This document shows positions 36,787-48,081 of a stretch of DNA of 64,000 nucleotides, in pieces. The position numbers and the translations under genes are program-made. How positions within the stretch are numbered: position 1 is the first letter of the stretch; each line of letters starts with the position of its first letter. This stretch comes from Phycisphaerales bacterium. Its GTDB lineage: Bacteria > Planctomycetota > Phycisphaerae > Phycisphaerales > UBA1924. The DNA is taken from NCBI GenBank assembly GCA_019744815.1, contig JAIEUA010000016.1:11502-75501 (forward strand), in the 5' to 3' direction. The notes below the pieces were generated by a model that was not told where the DNA came from, made no database searches, and worked only from the letters and a program-made list of their open reading frames with translations.

Positions 36787-36860
36787 GTGCCCGTAGCTCA
36801 ACTGGATAGAGCGCTGCCCTCCGAAGGCAGAGGTTACAGGTTCAACTCCTGTCGGGCATG
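36787..36860 (+). tRNA. tRNA-Arg (anticodon CCG)
   Basis: Acceptor GTGCCCG/CGGGCAT, D arm GCTC..GAGC, anticodon arm CTGCC-CTCCGAA-GGCAG, T arm ACAGG-TTCAACT-CCTGT. Confidence 0.85.
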
Positions 36861-36963
36861 TTTTCTGGTACGAAGGTAAGCCCCGGCGGGCGTCGCGATG
36901 CCCGAAGCATCGCTGACGCTCTGGCTCTCGACCATCGAAACGGGGAGCCGCCGAGGGCGGCGC

Positions 36964-37055
36964 TCATCCCTTCGTCCACATGTTCTTGCCGTAGATCGCG
37001 CTGTCGCCGAGTTCTTCCGCGATACGGAGCAGCTGGTTGTACTTGGCGTTGCGGT
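36964..37055 (-). pseudogene. Truncated duplicate of the enolase 3' end
   Basis: Encodes ...[29 protein letters not shown], versus the intact eno C-terminus [28 protein letters not shown]. About 75 nt align with 4 mismatches to 39135-39210. Similarity decays and the frame breaks upstream of 37055. Confidence 0.8.
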
Positions 37056-37102
37056 GCTGTGGAAACCGGCTCGAGCGGGCCAGCCGGTGGCGGCAGAGCG
37101 GA

Positions 37103-37516
37103 TCAACCAACAACGGTCGCGAAACTCGCCCAGACGAAGACCGTGGCAAAGTAGACGCAAAGTCCCGAAACAATGATGCGCAGGCTCGTCTTTGCGGTGT
37201 CGCCTTGCCAAAGGGTCCGGTCGTAGTACCACAGTTGCACGGCGAGTCGGGCGGCCCAGAACACACCAAGCCCAAGATAGATCACTCGTCCAAGCTCGCC
37301 ACTGCGGAGGATCGTTCCCGCATGGAAGAGCAACAGCAAACCCACAAGCACCAGAATCAGAACGACAAAGAGCGTGTGAACGACGAATATCTGCCGGTTC
37401 AAGAGACTCAGCCGATTCAGTTCTTCACGCCAGCGAAACCACCTTGGGAAGAACGCATGGACGCCGGCAATCAGCAGCATGAGGAGACCGATCGCGCGAA
37501 GATGCCATTCGATCAT
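37103..37516 (-). CDS. Small integral membrane protein (4 predicted TM segments)
   Basis: MIEWHLRAIGLLMLLIAGVHAFF... ATGA start/stop overlap with the upstream methyltransferase-like gene. Low-GC cassette. Confidence 0.5.
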   Translation of the reverse strand: MIEWHLRAIGLLMLLIAGVHAFFPRWFRWREELNRLSLLNRQIFVVHTLFVVLILVLVGLLLLFHAGTILRSGELGRVIYLGLGVFWAARLAVQLWYYDRTLWQGDTAKTSLRIIVSGLCVYFATVFVWASFATVVG

Positions 37517-38292
37517 TCCGATGCCCTTTGAAGTTCGAACACACGCACGAACGGGGTGATCCGGCGTTCGGACACCACTCGCAGCGAGGCGGCTGAGAAG
37601 GTCGCGAGCCACACGCGTTGAGACAGGAAGTGGACAAATCCGCCGCCGAATGCGACGAAGTTCGCCGCATCCCGCAAGTGCTCGACGACGAAACACCGGC
37701 CGCCAGCGGACAAGCGTGAAGAAAGATCGGACATCAACTCAGCGCGGCGATGATCGCGTCGCACCTCGTGCAGGCAGAAGATCGCAAACATGACATCCAC
37801 GTTCTGGACTTGGTCTGGAACAGTCCCGGTGAATCGAACCGACGGCCAAGCCGGTGCCGCATCCTTGCGAGCTCTAGCGATCGACGGTTCCGTCATCTCG
37901 GCCGGATCAAAGATGTCGAGGACGAGAAGGGGAGGCTGACCGAGCACCGCGGCCAAGCCCGGTGTCGACTCGTCCAACCCCGCGTGAACATTGATCCAAC
38001 GGATCGGAGCTCTGAGACCGATCTCTCGAACCCAGGTCCACTCGTACAGCCTGGACCGGTCGTACACCCAGTGAGACACGACGGCCGACGCCAACAGCCA
38101 CCACCCGGCGAGGGCGGCTCCTATCAGAAGGACGGTCGTCGCCCACAGGGGCAGGGGGACCAAGATCGCGGACAAACTCGCCGCCGCCACAACAACGGTC
38201 CCTACCAGATACTGCGGCCAGTTGTAGCGCAGAATCTTGGCGACTCCTTCGAAGGGTCGGCGTTGCGCTGCTTGGAGGAGTTGATCGCTCAT
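37513..38292 (-). CDS. Membrane-anchored class I SAM-dependent methyltransferase-like protein
   Basis: Two N-terminal TM helices, then VLDIFDP, DVMFAIFCLHEV and GGRCFVVEH segments resembling the methyltransferase fold. ATGA overlap with the upstream gene at 38289-38292. Confidence 0.55.
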   Translation of the reverse strand: MSDQLLQAAQRRPFEGVAKILRYNWPQYLVGTVVVAAASLSAILVPLPLWATTVLLIGAALAGWWLLASAVVSHWVYDRSRLYEWTWVREIGLRAPIRWINVHAGLDESTPGLAAVLGQPPLLVLDIFDPAEMTEPSIARARKDAAPAWPSVRFTGTVPDQVQNVDVMFAIFCLHEVRRDHRRAELMSDLSSRLSAGGRCFVVEHLRDAANFVAFGGGFVHFLSQRVWLATFSAASLRVVSERRITPFVRVFELQRASE

Positions 38293-39050
38293 GGCGATGA
38301 CGTTCCAAGCTGCTCCGTGATTCCACGTTCCCACCGATAGTCGATGCCGGATGTGTAGAACGCGCTGGCGAATCTGGCGCCCACGCCCTTGAAGATGGCC
38401 GATCGCAGCATCGACACCTCTCGGACTTCTACTGGTACCGGACGCGGATTCCAGTGCTCTCGCATTCCCTTGATTCGGACGATGGAATGCGTTTCCTTCT
38501 CGTAGTCGAATGTGTACGGCAACGGCCCGGCGAATCGCCGCGCTTCCTTCCACGTCGAGAAGATACCAGCAGGCGGCTCGGCGACCTCGCGATCAACATG
38601 GGCAGTGAGATCAATGTCCGCCTGTTGATCTCCGGAACGAACCCGCACATCAAGTATTCCGTCGACAAATCGAACGTCTGCCTCACAGAGCCGATACTGG
38701 TAGTGGGTCAGCAGATTGCCGCCCCAGACCATCCGCCGCTTGTTGGCATCGCTTCTCAGAATTCGTAGGCCCCGAAGCGTCCGACCTTCCGCGGTCCGAT
38801 ACGTTGCGAATACCCGGTAGCCGGTCAGGAAGAAATCGGATCCCAAAGCCGCGGGGAGACCTACGGGTCGAAGTCGCTCAGTCTGCACCATCGCGACCGC
38901 GACGAATCCGGCACCATTCCATTCGTCCACGGTAAGTCCCGGCGGAAGAAGCGGCTGCAAGATCTCGACCGGGAACGCATACGTGAGCACGAGGCAGTAA
39001 CGAAACCGCGCCTGAATCGGAATGGGATGCCGTTTCAGTCGGTGCAGCAC
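38289..39050 (-). CDS. DUF2071-like (acetoacetate decarboxylase-fold) protein
   Basis: 253 aa. The pattern LVLTYAFPVEILQPLLPPGLTVDEWNGAGFVAVAMVQ...FFLTGYRVF resembles DUF2071 family members. First gene after eno on the same strand. Confidence 0.5.
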   Translation of the reverse strand: MLHRLKRHPIPIQARFRYCLVLTYAFPVEILQPLLPPGLTVDEWNGAGFVAVAMVQTERLRPVGLPAALGSDFFLTGYRVFATYRTAEGRTLRGLRILRSDANKRRMVWGGNLLTHYQYRLCEADVRFVDGILDVRVRSGDQQADIDLTAHVDREVAEPPAGIFSTWKEARRFAGPLPYTFDYEKETHSIVRIKGMREHWNPRPVPVEVREVSMLRSAIFKGVGARFASAFYTSGIDYRWERGITEQLGTSSP

Positions 39051-39116
39051 CGGCCCTCCTGCTCAGGGTACGAATCGTGGCTCGTGCGTGTTCGAGGGTT
39101 CCGAAGCCGGCCCCGA

Positions 39117-41716
<2,600 letters not shown>

Positions 41717-41717
41717 G

Positions 41718-42239
41718 TCAGGACGGCTCCTCGGGGGCTGCTTCGGTGGTCGCTTCGGGAGCGGCGTCGGTCGATGCCTCGAATGCTGAGGCGGCGGCCT
41801 TCTTCGACTTCTTCCCGGCGATGCGTTTTCCGGCGGCGTCGAGCAAGGCGTTGATGAAGCCGGGCGACTTCTCCGTCGAGAACTCCTTGGCGAGCTCCAC
41901 CGCAGAGTCGATGGCCAATGCCGCGGATGCGCGGCCACTGAACATCTCGAAGTGCGCCAGCCGCAGCAACGCGCGATCGACCGCGGCCTGGCGGTACGCG
42001 GGCCATTCGGGCGAGAGGTTCTTCATCAGGTCGTCGCAGCGCTTGCGATCGGCGTAGGCGGCGCGAGCGAGCTCGAAAGCCTCGGCCTGCACTCCCTTGG
42101 CGATGCGGTCGGCGTCGATGGACGGGTCTTCGCTGTGGCTCACGGCGGCGACGAGTTCGTCGTCGGTGAGCTCGCCTCGGGCATCGAGCTGGAAGAGGGC
42201 GACGAAGGCGAGTCTTCGCACCATGCGGGGATCGCTCAT
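41718..42239 (-). CDS. nusB: Transcription antitermination factor NusB
   Basis: RRLAFVALFQLD, AAVDRALLRLAHFEM, AIDSAVELAKEFS and GFINALLD. ATGA overlap with the ribH stop; conserved ribH-nusB order. Confidence 0.85.
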   Translation of the reverse strand: MSDPRMVRRLAFVALFQLDARGELTDDELVAAVSHSEDPSIDADRIAKGVQAEAFELARAAYADRKRCDDLMKNLSPEWPAYRQAAVDRALLRLAHFEMFSGRASAALAIDSAVELAKEFSTEKSPGFINALLDAAGKRIAGKKSKKAAASAFEASTDAAPEATTEAAPEEPS

Positions 42240-42793
42240 CGGCGGCCTCCGCGCTTGGGCTTCGGCGCCTTGGACTTGGAACGCCCGTTGGCCTTGTCGG
42301 CAACCGTGCGGCTGATGCGGGAGTCGCCACCGGCAGAGGCAGCGTTGACGGCGGCGATTGTGTCGAGTAGGGCACCCATGGCTTCGTCGCCCTTGTTGCC
42401 GTGTTCGCCACCGGCGCGGGCCTCGGCTTGCTTGGCGTTCTCGACGGTGAGCACGCCGAAGGCGATGGGGACGCCGGTCATGATCATGGCTGCCTGGATC
42501 GCTTGGGCGACGGCGTCGGCGATGACGCGATCGTGGATCGTTTCGCCGCGGATGAGGCAGCCGAGGGCGACCACGCCGTCGAAGTGGCCCGAGCTGGCGG
42601 CGGCGTGAGCGATGACGGGCAGCTCGAACGCGCCGGGGGCTTCGAGCACGGTGGGCGTGCGGCCGGTCCGACGGACGCAAGCCTCGATCGCGCCGAGGCA
42701 GAGCCGGTCGGTCACCGAGGCGTTGTACCGACTGACAACAACCGCGACACGGGGCTGGCCCGCCCGCTTGGACACTCGTTTCGATGGTGGCAT
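42236..42793 (-). CDS. ribH: 6,7-dimethyl-8-ribityllumazine synthase with basic C-terminal tail
   Basis: VAVVVSRYNASVTDRL, PGAFELP, LGCLIRGETIH and FGVLT motifs. Extra K/R-rich tail (KANGRSKSKAPKPKRGGRR). Confidence 0.9.
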   Translation of the reverse strand: MPPSKRVSKRAGQPRVAVVVSRYNASVTDRLCLGAIEACVRRTGRTPTVLEAPGAFELPVIAHAAASSGHFDGVVALGCLIRGETIHDRVIADAVAQAIQAAMIMTGVPIAFGVLTVENAKQAEARAGGEHGNKGDEAMGALLDTIAAVNAASAGGDSRISRTVADKANGRSKSKAPKPKRGGRR

Positions 42794-42852
42794 CGGGCGA
42801 TCGTAGGAGTTCAGAGGGGCGTCGCGGCGGCGATCACGACAACAATCGGAGC

Positions 42853-43542
42853 ATGGGCGAGCCCGCGAAACGGCTGATCGACGCGTGGACGCTGGAGCAG
42901 GCGCTGGCCGCCGCGAACGAGGGTGTCGCGAATGCATCGGCCGTGGTCAGGGCTGCGGAAGCCGCCAATGCGGGGAAGATCGACGAAGCGGCGGCAGGCC
43001 TGCGTCTCTCCATGCACAACTGCGGGGACATCCGGCTGCTCTTTCTGGGCTTCCAGTTCTTCTTCCGCACCGGAGATCACGCGACGGCAGAGCTGCTCAC
43101 GCTTCGGCGGCTTAGGGTCGCAGAACGCGATTGCGAAACGCAGCACGTGGCGCGTGCGTGCACCAACCTCGGCCTGATTCATCTCACAACCGGACGCCTG
43201 CAGTCGGCGCAGGAACTCTGTGAGCGGGCCCTCGCGATCGATGAGCGGCTGGTGAACCACGCTGGCATCGCGAGAGATCTCGGCAATCTCGCGAACGTGC
43301 ACGAGGCTCGCGGGGAGTTCGACACAGCCGAGCGGCTCAATCATCGCTCGCTGACGCTGGCTCGCGAATTGGGCGATGAGATCATGGCCGCGGGAAAGCT
43401 GGCCAATCTAGGCGACATCGCCGAGGCGACGGGTCGGCGCGCACTGGCTCGGCAGCTCTGGTCCGAAGCGGCGGAGCTGTTCACACGATCCGGAGATGCC
43501 GCGACGGCACAGAAGTACCGCTCCCTCGGCGGCGGAGCGTGA
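42853..43542 (+). CDS. TPR-repeat protein
   Basis: TPR_12-like units: ACTNLGLIHLTTGRLQSAQELCERALAI, ARDLGNLANVHEARGEFDTAERLNHRSLTLA and AGKLANLGDIAEATG. Confidence 0.6.
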   Translation: MGEPAKRLIDAWTLEQALAAANEGVANASAVVRAAEAANAGKIDEAAAGLRLSMHNCGDIRLLFLGFQFFFRTGDHATAELLTLRRLRVAERDCETQHVARACTNLGLIHLTTGRLQSAQELCERALAIDERLVNHAGIARDLGNLANVHEARGEFDTAERLNHRSLTLARELGDEIMAAGKLANLGDIAEATGRRALARQLWSEAAELFTRSGDAATAQKYRSLGGGA

Positions 43543-43559
43543 GTCGCTAGGCTTGTCCC

Positions 43560-44054
43560 ATGCCGACGAGTGGCCCACGCGAGATCGTGCTTCGGCGAAC
43601 GACCGCCCAAGACCTGCCGCTGCTGCATGGCTGGGAACTGGACGAAGCGTCGAACACGTTGGCGGGAATCAAGCCTCGCGACTGGCCGACGTTTCGAGCT
43701 CGTTGGCAACAGATCCTGGACGATAACGACGGAACGGCCACCGGGGTGACGCCGCGAGTGATCGTGGCCGACGGCCTGCTCGTCGGAGCGATCAACATTG
43801 CCCCGCATGACGGGAGCGATTCGATCGGATACTGGATCGCACGCGAGCACTGGGGCCGCGGCATCGTCACTCGGGCGATAACGCTCATGCTGACCGAGTT
43901 CCGTCGTCGGCCCCTGTATGCGACGGCGGCCAGCGGCAATCTTGCGTCGATCCGGGTCCTTGAGAAGAACGGCTTTGTCCTTGTGAGCCGTCGCATGACA
44001 CCGGAAACGCCTCGGACGATTGAACGCGAGACCCTGACGCTCGTGCTGCGCTGA
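43560..44054 (+). CDS. GNAT family N-acetyltransferase (RimJ/RimL-like)
   Basis: LRRTTAQDLPLLHGW, IGYWIAREHWGRGIVTRA and NLASIRVLEKNGF. Confidence 0.75.
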   Translation: MPTSGPREIVLRRTTAQDLPLLHGWELDEASNTLAGIKPRDWPTFRARWQQILDDNDGTATGVTPRVIVADGLLVGAINIAPHDGSDSIGYWIAREHWGRGIVTRAITLMLTEFRRRPLYATAASGNLASIRVLEKNGFVLVSRRMTPETPRTIERETLTLVLR

Positions 44055-44328
44055 CGTTCGCTGAGGGCCAGCACTTTTCGGAGCACGCTGTGCCTCGGAG
44101 GCCGCGCTCTTGCCTCGTGAATCCGGAACACGCCGATCGACGCCTCCGTTCCATACGGACGTGAAGGGACGCCTATCGGATGAGAGCTCGTGTGTCGATC
44201 CGCGATAGCGCGAATCCGGGACTGGACGCAGGCACGCGATTGCCCGGCTCGGTCGCCACGGGCCGGATGCTTGATAGCATGGCGGTTGTTGTGGGGCTCG
44301 GTGCTCGTGATCTGACGGAGCTTGATCC

Positions 44329-44697
44329 ATGTCCAAGTCCACGCCCGACCACGATGAGCGAATCGCTACGATGACCTTCGCATCGGTCTATCCCCACTAC
44401 GTCGCGAAGGTCGAGAAAAAGGGCCGAACGACGAAGGAACTGCACGAGGCCATCGAGTGGCTCACGGGCTTCGACGAACGGCAGATCCAGAAGCACATCG
44501 ATGAGAAGATCACCTTCAAGGAGTTCTTTCGGCGGGCCACACTGAACTCCAACGCGCATCTGATCACCGGCGTGATCTGCGGCTACCGCGTCGAAGAGAT
44601 TGAGAATCCAGTGACACGGCAGGTCAGATACCTGGACAAGCTGGTAGACGAGCTCGCCAAGGGAAAGACAATGGACAAGATTCTGCGTCGCGGCTAG
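44329..44697 (+). CDS. DUF2200 family protein
   Basis: RIATMTFASVYPHYVAKVEKKGRTTKELHEAIEWLTGF matches my recollection of the DUF2200 consensus. Lies in a lower-GC patch. Confidence 0.6.
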   Translation: MSKSTPDHDERIATMTFASVYPHYVAKVEKKGRTTKELHEAIEWLTGFDERQIQKHIDEKITFKEFFRRATLNSNAHLITGVICGYRVEEIENPVTRQVRYLDKLVDELAKGKTMDKILRRG

Positions 44698-45200
44698 ACG
44701 GCCACATCTTTCACGGGGCGCCCCGCCGAGTAACGAGAGCGCCCGCGTCGTGCGACGCCGGGTTCTTGAGAGTCGATGAAAGAGCCTGCTCAGTTCTTGC
44801 CCGACGGACCCGAGATCCGTCCCGCGAGTTCTGCCACGACCCGCTCGATCGAGTTCAGACGTTCGCGAAGTGCCGCGTTCTCCGCACGAAGGACGGCGGC
44901 CTCGTTCTTCATGGCGTTGATCTGCGTTTCCTTCTCACTGCACAGATCACGCAAGGCCTCGACCGGGAGCGCCAATGCCCAAGATGTTGAGCGACTTGGT
45001 GTCCTGGTCGAACGTGCCGAACCACTCTTGCGAATGGAGGATTGGTGACGGCCTGACGACTCGCGTGTCAGAGCCCCTCAGACTAGGCGGCGGGATGGCA
45101 CCGCCCGGCATTGTTCTTCCACGACTTGATTGAGCTCTGGGCTCCGAGGACTTGACCATTTGTGTTTGACTCTTTTCGCAAATGGTGATATCTTTCTGCC

Positions 45201-45878
45201 GTGGATCACCAAGAGGCCATCACCCAGAGCCCACGTGCCGTGCCTTTGCCCGTATGGAAGCAGCTGATGACTCCAGTACGCGCGGAGATCATCGAGGCCA
45301 TGCGCACGCTTGGGCCCGCCACCATCAAGGAAGTCGCGGGCTTGCTCTCTCGCGCCCCGGCATCCCTTTACGCGCACTTTACTCGTCTCGTCTCGCTCGG
45401 AGTCCTCCTTGAACGCGAGCCCCGTCGGCTCACGAGGCACACCGAGAGCGTCTTCGAGCTCGCTGCGCACGACTTTGTTCCCCAGTTTCGCCGCGCGAGC
45501 GACGCTTCGATCGGCGACATCGCAACGATTACGGCCCAAGGCGTTGTGCGCTCCGCCCTGCGCACGCTCCGGGCTGCGGCCCGCGCCGATCAGCTGAGCT
45601 TCGGTCCGGATGAGGCGAACCACGGAATCCTGCACGAGGTGGTCTGGCTGAACCGGTCCGAGCTCGCCGAACTGCGGGCGGCTCTCCGATCTGTCAAGAG
45701 ACTGTGCGGAACGCGGAAGACGCCACACGGTCGCCAGCCGCACCTGCTGATCGCCCTGTACATGCCGGTCGTCGGAGCATCACGTCGACGCTCACGCGCG
45801 AGCACGGCCCCCAAGGCGGCGAAGGCCCGCGCGCAAGGCGCTCGCAGAGCTCGGAGATTGCATCCCGATGAATCCTGA
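45201..45878 (+). CDS. Winged-helix (ArsR/MarR-like) transcriptional regulator
   Basis: VRAEIIEAMRTLGPATIKEVAGLLSRAPASLYAHFTRLVSLGVLLE is HTH-like. Overlaps the start of the S8 peptidase gene by 11 nt. Confidence 0.55.
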   Translation: MDHQEAITQSPRAVPLPVWKQLMTPVRAEIIEAMRTLGPATIKEVAGLLSRAPASLYAHFTRLVSLGVLLEREPRRLTRHTESVFELAAHDFVPQFRRASDASIGDIATITAQGVVRSALRTLRAAARADQLSFGPDEANHGILHEVVWLNRSELAELRAALRSVKRLCGTRKTPHGRQPHLLIALYMPVVGASRRRSRASTAPKAAKARAQGARRARRLHPDES

Positions 45879-47850
45879 TCTTTTTCGCGTTTCCATTCTC
45901 TACCCCACCGCTGCCTCGGCGATGCTCTGCGCACTCTCCGGACTTTCCGGATGCCGCGCCACGGCTCCAGCTTCGGACGCTCGCATCGTGGTCGCGTCGA
46001 TGAGCGACCTGCCCAGCAACGAGTATCGGATCGGGACCTCGAGCATGGACATCGTGAAGGACGACGCGGCATTCCGTGCGTTCGCGATGCAGGTCGTCGG
46101 CGATCGCATCGAACTGCTCCGCACCCACCGCTTCAGCGATCCGGGGATGACCCGGCGTTGGTACCGATCCATCGCTCGGATCTACCGGCAGATTCCGGAT
46201 TTCGAGTCCGCATCGCGATACGAAGCGATGGCCGGGAGCGTCGGCCCCGACTACTCGCTCGGGCGGATCGTGGCGACCGTCGAGGCCGAGCTCGGCGCTG
46301 AAGGCACGAAACGAGGCGACCCTGGCTTCGACGATCGCTTTGCGGAGAAGCTGCGGGCAGAGATCCGGGAAGCGCCCTTTCCCGCCGTCCGTGAGGAGCT
46401 CTCGATCTGGCGAGGGGCCGCGGATATCCCTGATGAGGATGGCATCCGCGCGGCGGCGCAGGGGATCACGGACCCCAAGCTGAAAGCCTCGAACGGGGCA
46501 GCATCAGACGCCATCGTCGCCGAGGTCATCAACTGGCGGGAGGCGTATCGCAGCTTGTACTGGCTCCGACTGATCGGCCCGATCGCCGCTGCACTGCTCG
46601 ATGAGAACGCCGCCCTGGAGCGAGACGAGGATCGCTGGACACCCCGCCAGGTCGCTCTTGACCCCGCGGGGCCCGGCCGCGAGGTTCGCATCGGCGTCTG
46701 GGATACCGGAGTCGATCCGCTCACGCTGGGCGAGTCGATGTGGCACAATGACCTCGAGCAGATCAACGGCCTCGACGACGACCATAATGGCTATGTGGAC
46801 GATGTGCACGGCATTGCGCTCACCAATGCCGGCAGCCACCGCCCGGGCACCATCTGGTCTCTCGGAACGCTCTCTCGTCCCTACGGCGAGCTGCTCGATG
46901 CGGTTCTCGCGGAGGCAGACATCGCGCGTGGCGCCGAGAACGCGGGAACGCTCGCGTTCAAGCAACACCTTCGGTCTCTCTCCGTTCCGGACCGTGTGAT
47001 GTTTGACGAAGAGCGCGGACGTGTCGCGAACTTCGTTCACGGCACGCACGTGGCGTCGATCGCGGTGGCAGGCAACCCCTTCGCTCGGGTTGTCGCCGCC
47101 GCGTACGGATTCCCAGACGAAACGGAAGACGCACGCCCACCCTCGCTGGATTCGGTGATTGCCGAAGCCGAGACCGCGACGAAGACCGTGCGGTACCTGC
47201 GGCAACAAGGCGTCCGTGTCGTGACCATGAGCTGGCTCACCTCGGCCAACCTCCTCGAGGCCGAGCTGGAACGCCACGGTATCGGGAGCAGCGCGGAGGA
47301 GCGGAGTTCGTTGGCGCGGTTGTGGTTCCGCGAGCATCGCACGCGCCTGGAGGCCGCGATCCGCGAGTCTCCCGAGATCCTCTTCGTCTGCGGAGCCGGA
47401 AACTTCTCGGATGACGTTGACTTCGCCGAGTACATTCCCGCAGGGCTTCGGCTTTCCAACCTCGTCACCGTGGGCGCGGTCGATGCCCTCGATCGCCCCG
47501 CGTCATTCTCGAGCTCGGGCCGCGGCGTTCGGCTCTACGCCAACGGAAGCAACATCTCCGGGCTGGTCCCCGGCGGCCGGCACGCTGTCTTCTCCGGCAC
47601 ATCCGCGGCCGTCCCCCAGGTGGCGAATCTGGCCGCGAAGATGCTCGCGGTCAACCAGTCGTTAACTCCGACGCAGATCCTCGACCTCATCTCCGAGACC
47701 GGAGTCCCGGTTGTCGGGCTTCCAGAAGCTCGTTCGATCGATCCTCGTGCGGCTCTGGCGGCCGCAAGACGATTGGACAAAGCAGCCAGCGGCACAGATG
47801 CACCCCCAAAGGCAACCCCCGGGCCTGGGGCGACGGGCGCTCTCGAGTAG
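45868..47850 (+). CDS. S8 family serine peptidase (subtilisin-like) lipoprotein
   Basis: Lipobox LSGLSGC. Catalytic triad motifs GVWDTGVD, HGTHVASIAVAGN and SGTSAAVPQVANLAA. Confidence 0.85.
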   Translation: MNPDLFRVSILYPTAASAMLCALSGLSGCRATAPASDARIVVASMSDLPSNEYRIGTSSMDIVKDDAAFRAFAMQVVGDRIELLRTHRFSDPGMTRRWYRSIARIYRQIPDFESASRYEAMAGSVGPDYSLGRIVATVEAELGAEGTKRGDPGFDDRFAEKLRAEIREAPFPAVREELSIWRGAADIPDEDGIRAAAQGITDPKLKASNGAASDAIVAEVINWREAYRSLYWLRLIGPIAAALLDENAALERDEDRWTPRQVALDPAGPGREVRIGVWDTGVDPLTLGESMWHNDLEQINGLDDDHNGYVDDVHGIALTNAGSHRPGTIWSLGTLSRPYGELLDAVLAEADIARGAENAGTLAFKQHLRSLSVPDRVMFDEERGRVANFVHGTHVASIAVAGNPFARVVAAAYGFPDETEDARPPSLDSVIAEAETATKTVRYLRQQGVRVVTMSWLTSANLLEAELERHGIGSSAEERSSLARLWFREHRTRLEAAIRESPEILFVCGAGNFSDDVDFAEYIPAGLRLSNLVTVGAVDALDRPASFSSSGRGVRLYANGSNISGLVPGGRHAVFSGTSAAVPQVANLAAKMLAVNQSLTPTQILDLISETGVPVVGLPEARSIDPRAALAAARRLDKAASGTDAPPKATPGPGATGALE

Positions 47851-48081
47851 AGAGCAAAGAGCGGTGTGACGACGGGCCGTTGGCCGCACGTGGGGCATCC
47901 GGATCTGACCGTTCACCTTCAACGCGGCGGGCAGCAACACCGGCATGCCGATTCGCGTCGCCCGACCTGCCGCGCACCGATTCGCGGCGGGGCGGTGCTT
48001 TCGGCAAGACTTTCCCGTTCGAGCGACAGACGCGACTCGTCCGCGCATCTCCGAGTGCCGCGACGAGCTCAAGGAGCAGAC

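Noticed and set aside
45078-45743. 221-aa minus-strand ORF overlapping the winged-helix regulator gene
   Set aside because: It has no recognisable motif. The plus-strand frame encodes an HTH-like segment and is translationally linked (11-nt overlap) to the S8 peptidase gene.
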